From a virus (Duplodnaviria > Heunggongvirae > Uroviricota > Caudoviricetes), in the IMG/VR virus record IMGVR_UViG_2721755651_000013: DNA of 22,378 nucleotides; one strand, 5' to 3'. Each line of letters opens with the position of its first letter. Position 1 is the first letter of the stretch. The notes under the pieces were generated by a model, which was not told the origin of the DNA, ran no database searches, and saw only the letters and a list, made by a program, of their open reading frames with translations. Shown one piece after another: positions 18,105 through 22,378 of the stretch. Position numbers and translations under genes: made by a program.

Positions 18105-18602
18105 ATGATGCCATTTGCTCGTTATTTCTGCATTTTCATAAACGTTGGTTTGGGAGAAGGTGCTCCAGCTATTGGCGTTCCGTTCTTCTGGCCGTCCGCT
18201 GCAATGCCAAATACTGTAATCGACAGCTGGTCCTGTATGGTGTTTTTGAAGTTCAACGGCGCGAAATTCTCTGCCACTGATTATCCTGTGCTGGCGAAAG
18301 TGTTTCCTTCGCTGGTATTACCTGAAGCCCGCGGTGATTTCATTCGTATCTGGGATGACGGGCGAGGTGCAGACGGTGGTCGCGAATTATTAAGCTGGCA
18401 GGCAGCTACAAACTTTTCTCAGTTTGCCGGGAATATAGGCGAAGGTGCGGGACACGCAATTAACTTTCATGATGGCATCGCCGGAAATCAGCCAGGATTT
18501 TCACGATTTAATTTCACCAGTAACTCTGTGGGTGATGGTGTGAATTTTGTTGCAGTCAGACCGCGAAATATTGCATTTAACTTTCTGGTGAGGGCTAAAT
18601 AA
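18105..18602 (+). CDS. Tail-fibre C-terminal variable segment (Sv/StfE'-like gene segment inside an invertible region)
   Basis: ...KFSATDYPVLAKVFPSLVLPEARGDFIRIWDDGRGADGGR...NIAFNFLVRAK is the conserved tail-fibre tip motif of Mu S / e14 Stf / T4 gp37-type fibres; no own promoter or start expected for a gene segment. Confidence 0.65.
   Translation: MMPFARYFCIFINVGLGEGAPAIGVPFFWPSAAMPNTVIDSWSCMVFLKFNGAKFSATDYPVLAKVFPSLVLPEARGDFIRIWDDGRGADGGRELLSWQAATNFSQFAGNIGEGAGHAINFHDGIAGNQPGFSRFNFTSNSVGDGVNFVAVRPRNIAFNFLVRAK
18133..18158. other. Putative invertase crossover site (gix/hix/pix-like), TTTTCATAAACGTTGGTTTGGGAGAA
   Basis: 26-bp imperfect dyad with half-sites ending AAAC / GTTT around a central dinucleotide, adjacent to the pin start, resembling hix/gix sites as I recall them. 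Confidence 0.4.
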
Positions 18603-19195
18603 TGAAACCTGTTTTTGATGAAAATGGGCTGGCTACAGTGCCGGGCGATATGCGTTGTTTTTATTATGATGCTGAAACATCTGAGTATACGGGCTGGTCT
18701 GATGAATATATTAATACTGGCGTAAGTATGCCCGCCTGTTCCACTGGTATTGACCCTGGCGAAAACATTCCGGGAAGAGTGGCAGTATTTACAGGTAAGG
18801 GATGGAGCCATGAAGAAGACCATCGCAATGAGACTGTTTACTCAATCGAAAATGGCGCAGCTGTTACAGTGGATTATATCGGTGCCATCAAAGACGGTTA
18901 TGTCACGATTTCACCGTTAACGCCATACGATAAATGGGATGGTGAGAAATGGGTGACAGACACTGAGGCACAACACAGTGCCGCAGTAGACGCGGCAGAA
19001 GCACAGCGCCAATCACTGATTGATGCAGCAATGGCTTCCATTAGTCTGATTCAGCTGAAGTTACAGGCCGGACGGAAACTGACTCAGGCAGAAACAACCC
19101 GACTTAACGCCGTGCTGGATTACATTGACGCGGTGACGGCAACAGATACCAGCACCGCGCCGGATGTCATCTGGCCTGAACTGCCGGAGGCGTAG
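18602..19195 (+). CDS. tfa: Tail fibre assembly protein (Tfa/U-like)
   Basis: 197 aa, TAATG coupling to the fibre segment; C-terminal ...LDYIDAV...DTS.APDVIWPELP motif typical of Tfa chaperones. Confidence 0.75.
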   Translation: MKPVFDENGLATVPGDMRCFYYDAETSEYTGWSDEYINTGVSMPACSTGIDPGENIPGRVAVFTGKGWSHEEDHRNETVYSIENGAAVTVDYIGAIKDGYVTISPLTPYDKWDGEKWVTDTEAQHSAAVDAAEAQRQSLIDAAMASISLIQLKLQAGRKLTQAETTRLNAVLDYIDAVTATDTSTAPDVIWPELPEA

Positions 19196-19619
19196 GCCAT
19201 TCAATATCTGGCGCACCGGAAGTATCGACCAGCTCCAGTGCGTCCAGATAATCCAGCCACAAATTATATTGCGTCAGTTCGTCACCTTTCAGACGACCAA
19301 TAGCCGCTTTACCGGGCCATTGCTTACTGTTCATGTATTCGTTGGCCTGGTTAATTAGTAGCTGTCTTTCTGATTCAGTAATTTCAATAAGCTCTTCATG
19401 CGTGGGTGGAGGAATATCTGCCCACGCAGGCAGCCCATCATCTCCGGCAATACGGATTTTTCCTTGTGGCGGTTCAGCCATAAACTCACTGATAATATTT
19501 TGATTTACTTCCTTAGCGTCTGATAAATCCCATCCCTCTGATTTATATTTATCAATCATATCCACAGGGAAAAAAGCATTATGCCTTGCGCTATAAACAT
19601 ATTCGTCCATATAAATCAC
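19167..19619 (-). CDS. tfa: Alternative tail fibre assembly protein (Tfa'/U'-like) on the opposite strand
   Basis: 150 aa with the same C-terminal Tfa motif (LWLDYLDAL...DTSGAPDIEWPTPP), tail-to-tail with the other tfa as in invertible G/P segments; its partner fibre segment is missing (IS copy 2 starts at 19674). Confidence 0.65.
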   Translation of the reverse strand: MIYMDEYVYSARHNAFFPVDMIDKYKSEGWDLSDAKEVNQNIISEFMAEPPQGKIRIAGDDGLPAWADIPPPTHEELIEITESERQLLINQANEYMNSKQWPGKAAIGRLKGDELTQYNLWLDYLDALELVDTSGAPDIEWPTPPAVQAR

Positions 19620-19727
19620 CCTGAATAAAATTACTCACCAACAGCCCACCAACTGTAATTCATCGATACCGTGTGAACCGCCCCGGGTTTCCTGGAGACT
19701 AAACTCCCTGAGAAAGAGGTAAACAGG

Positions 19728-20054
19728 ATGACTAAAAATACTCGTTTTTCCCCCGAAGTCCGTCAGCGGGCGATTCGTATGGTTCTGGAAAGTCAGGATG
19801 AATATGACTCACAGTGGGCGGCAATTTGTTCCATTGCCCCAAAGATTGGCTGTACGCCGGAGACTCTGCGTGTCTGGGTTCGCCAGCATGAGCGGGATAC
19901 CGGGGGCGGTGATGGTGGGCTCACCAGCGCTGAACGTCAGCGTCTGAAAGAGCTGGAACGTGAAAATCGTGAACTGCGCCGCAGTAACGATATCCTTCGC
20001 CAGGCTTCCGCTTATTTTGCGAAGGCGGAGTTCGACCGCCTCTGGAAAAAATGA
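19728..20054 (+). CDS. IS3-family transposase OrfA
   Basis: Identical 108-aa protein to 16320..16646. Confidence 0.9.
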   Translation: MTKNTRFSPEVRQRAIRMVLESQDEYDSQWAAICSIAPKIGCTPETLRVWVRQHERDTGGGDGGLTSAERQRLKELERENRELRRSNDILRQASAYFAKAEFDRLWKK

Positions 20055-20941
20055 TGCCACTGCTGGATAAGCTGCGTGAGCAGTACGGGGTCGGACCGGT
20101 ATGCAGCGAACTGCATATTGCCCCGTCAACGTATTACCATTGTCAGCAACAGCGACATCATCCGGATAAACGCAGTGCCCGTGCGCAGCACGACGACTGG
20201 CTGAAGAGAGAGATACAGCGCGTATACGATGAAAATCATCAGGTGTACGGTGTGCGTAAAGTCTGGCGTCAGTTGTTACGGGAAGGAATCAGGGTGGCCA
20301 GATGTACAGTGGCACGTCTCATGGCGGTTATGGGACTTGCCGGTGTTCTCCGGGGTAAAAAGGTCCGTACGACCATCAGCCGGAAAGCCGTTGCCGCAGG
20401 CGACCGCGTAAACCGTCAGTTCGTGGCAGAACGACCTGACCAGCTGTGGGTGGCTGATTTTACTTACGTCAGCACATGGCAGGGCTTCGTCTATGTGGCG
20501 TTTATCATTGATGTGTTTGCCGGATACATCGTGGGGTGGCGGGTCTCATCGTCTATGGAAACGACATTCGTGCTGGATGCGCTGGAGCAGGCGTTGTGGG
20601 CCCGTCGTCCGTCTGGCACCATCCATCACAGCGATAAAGGCTCTCAGTATGTGTCACTGGCCTATACGGAGCGACTAAAAGAAGCCGGATTACTGGCATC
20701 AACAGGGAGTACAGGCGACTCGTATGACAACGCGATGGCTGAGAGCATCAATGGTCTTTACAAAGCGGAGGTAATACACCGTAAGAGCTGGAAAAACCGT
20801 GCAGAAGTGGAACTGGCCACACTAACGTGGGTGGACTGGTATAACAATCGACGATTGCTGGGAAGGCTGGGCCATACTCCTCCGGCAGAAGCAGAAAAAG
20901 CTTATTATGCTTCCATCGGAAACGATGATCTGGCAGCCTGA
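20051..20941 (+). CDS. IS3-family transposase OrfB
   Basis: Identical 296-aa protein to 15433..16323. Confidence 0.9.
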   Translation: MMPLLDKLREQYGVGPVCSELHIAPSTYYHCQQQRHHPDKRSARAQHDDWLKREIQRVYDENHQVYGVRKVWRQLLREGIRVARCTVARLMAVMGLAGVLRGKKVRTTISRKAVAAGDRVNRQFVAERPDQLWVADFTYVSTWQGFVYVAFIIDVFAGYIVGWRVSSSMETTFVLDALEQALWARRPSGTIHHSDKGSQYVSLAYTERLKEAGLLASTGSTGDSYDNAMAESINGLYKAEVIHRKSWKNRAEVELATLTWVDWYNNRRLLGRLGHTPPAEAEKAYYASIGNDDLAA

Positions 20942-21109
20942 GTTCACAGATAAAACACTCTCCAGGAAACCCGGGGCGGTTCATAACCAATTGTATTTAT
21001 TTTAAAATTAATAGGTGCAACTCACTAAACAACGCAATTCTGATCTCTCGATCACCTCCCAAGCCACACAACCCTGCAAAAAATAAATCTATATAAAAAA
21101 CATACAGAT

Positions 21110-21180
21110 AACCATCTGCGGTGATAAATTATCTCTGGCGATGTTGACACAAATACCACTAGCGGTGATACCAAGCACAT
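21110..21180 (+). promoter_or_regulatory. Lambda-like OL3-OL2-OL1 operators and PL promoter
   Basis: AACCATCTGCGGTGATA (21110..21126), TATCTCTGGCGATGTTG (21130..21146), TACCACTAGCGGTGATA (21154..21170) match lambda OL 17-mers with 1-2 changes each; -35 TTGACA at 21144..21149, -10 GATACC at 21167..21172. Confidence 0.8.
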
Positions 21181-21211
21181 CAGCAGGACGCACTAACCAC
21201 CATGAAGGTGA

Positions 21212-21242
21212 TGCTCTTAAAAATTAAGCCCTGAAGAAGGGC
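21212..21242 (+). promoter_or_regulatory. nutL-like antitermination site (boxA TGCTCTTA, boxB hairpin GCCCTGAAGAAGGGC)
   Basis: boxB is a perfect 5-bp stem with GAAGA loop, identical to lambda boxB as I recall it; boxA has one mismatch. Confidence 0.75.
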
Positions 21243-21399
21243 AGCATTCAAAGCAGAAGGCTTTGGTGTGTGTGATACGAAACGAAGCATTGGCCGGAAG
21301 TGCGAATCCGGATTAGCAGCCAATGTGCCATTGCGGGGTGTTTTCGTTCAGGACTACGACTCCCACACACAACCAAAGCTAACTAACAGGAGAATCCAG

Positions 21400-21513
21400 A
21401 TGGATGCACAAACACGCCGCCGCGAACGTCGCGCAGAGAAACAGGCTCAATGGAAAGCAGATCGGATTCTGGCTTCAACATTTCGCAGGAATGCAACTAA
21501 GAGACATTACTGA
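21400..21513 (+). pseudogene. N: Truncated lambda N-like antiterminator (first ~21 codons [20 protein letters not shown], then unrelated sequence and stop)
   Basis: AGGAG 8 nt upstream of ATG 21400; arginine-rich boxB-binding motif intact; similarity to N ends near 21462 and the ORF stops at 21511..21513. Confidence 0.7.
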
Positions 21514-22378
21514 ATCAAAAATTTATTCAGCAATGCAGAAAATGACGAACCGGCGTCATGAGGAAAACTGGAAACTCAGGGCAGAAGCATGCAGAAAAAA
21601 AGGGAAACCTGTTCCAGAATACACGCCAAAACCAGCGTCCGTTGCAACGAAGGCTACGCATCTTTCATTTATAAAGGCCCTGCTAAGAGCCGCAGAGCGT
21701 GAATGGAAAATGCTCGATAAGGCACCAATTATTAAAGTGCCTCAACCAAAGAATAAACGGATCCGCTGGCTGGAGCCCCATGAAGCACAAAGGCTGATTG
21801 ATGAATGTCCGGAGCCATTAAAGTCTGTTGTTGAATTTGCACTGGCAACAGGCTTAAGACGCTCGAACATCATCAACCTTGAATGGCAACAAATAGATAT
21901 GCAGCGCCGGGTGGCATGGATAAACCCGGAAGAGAGTAAATCAAACCGCGCAATTGGCGTTGCGCTGAATGATACTGCATGTCGCGTATTGAAAAAACAA
22001 ATCGGTAATCATCACCGTTGGGTATTTGTGTACAAGGAAAGCTGTACCAAACCAGACGGAACGAAAGCGCCAACAGTAAGGAAGATGCGGTATGACGCAA
22101 ACACAGCCTGGAAAGCGGCGCTGAGACGGGCTGGTATTGATGATTTCAGATTTCACGACTTGAGACACACCTGGGCAAGTTGGCTGGTTCAAGCCGGAGT
22201 CCCGTTGTCAGTGTTACAGGAAATGGGAGGCTGGGAGTCTATCGAAATGGTTCGTCGATATGCTCACCTTGCACCTAATCACCTTACCGAACACGCACGG
22301 CAAATAGACTCGATCCTGAACCCATCGGTCCCAAATTTGTCCCAGTCAAAAAATAAGGAAGGTACTAATGATGTGTAA
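21491..22378 (+). CDS. Tyrosine recombinase / phage integrase family protein, apparently 5'-truncated at the junction with the N' remnant
   Basis: C-terminal [14 protein letters not shown]...[15 protein letters not shown] has the R...HxxR...Y catalytic signature; the ORF-track start at 21404 lies in the alternate frame of the N' remnant, so the first plausible ATG is 21491; no N-terminal arm-binding domain. Confidence 0.65.
   Translation: MQLRDITESKIYSAMQKMTNRRHEENWKLRAEACRKKGKPVPEYTPKPASVATKATHLSFIKALLRAAEREWKMLDKAPIIKVPQPKNKRIRWLEPHEAQRLIDECPEPLKSVVEFALATGLRRSNIINLEWQQIDMQRRVAWINPEESKSNRAIGVALNDTACRVLKKQIGNHHRWVFVYKESCTKPDGTKAPTVRKMRYDANTAWKAALRRAGIDDFRFHDLRHTWASWLVQAGVPLSVLQEMGGWESIEMVRRYAHLAPNHLTEHARQIDSILNPSVPNLSQSKNKEGTNDV

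Larger units (their letters stand above)
19674..20983 (+). mobile_element. IS629-like IS3-family insertion sequence, copy 2 (1310 bp), inverted relative to copy 1, no target-site duplication
   Basis: Same inverted repeats and identical OrfA/OrfB proteins as copy 1; flanks are gtg (left) and taa (right), so no matching duplication. Confidence 0.9.

Noticed and set aside
20984-21520. Possibility that the lambda PL-nutL-N' segment is cloning-vector contamination
   Set aside because: The sequence differs from lambda at scattered positions in my recollection and is embedded between an IS629 copy and prophage-type recombinase DNA, so a natural lambdoid remnant is more likely.

Overview
This window is a mosaic of mobile DNA typical of an enterobacterial (E. 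coli/Shigella-like) accessory locus; all calls rest on reading motifs and remembered family sequences, with no database search run. (1) A roughly 12.9 kb P4-like satellite prophage (about 127..13058) carries an AT-rich orphan cargo gene, the alpha primase/helicase operon with an AlpA-like regulator, the late operon sid-psu-delta, an AT-rich six-ORF cargo cluster between delta and int, a P4-type integrase, and a truncated tRNA-Thr 3' end as att. The cargo cluster (8389..11665) is the main candidate system: it looks like a three-component Lamassu/ABC-3C-like antiphage module (Mrr-like PD-(D/E)xK effector, small middle protein, SMC/ABC-like ATPase), but both the effector and the ATPase are split across ORFs at A/T homopolymer or stop-codon junctions. 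Whether that reflects decay, sequencing error or recoding cannot be decided from sequence alone. (2) Next come an IS3-family transposase fragment, an AT-rich AraC-family regulator and a partial tRNA-Ser 3' end. (3) A remnant of an e14/Mu-like invertible tail-fibre module (pin invertase, tail-fibre tip, two tfa genes) is bracketed by two identical, inverted IS629-like copies, one of which splits a GIY-YIG-family gene. (4) A lambda-like OL/PL-nutL-N' remnant is joined to a 5'-truncated tyrosine recombinase gene. No CRISPR array and no complete tRNA or rRNA gene was seen.
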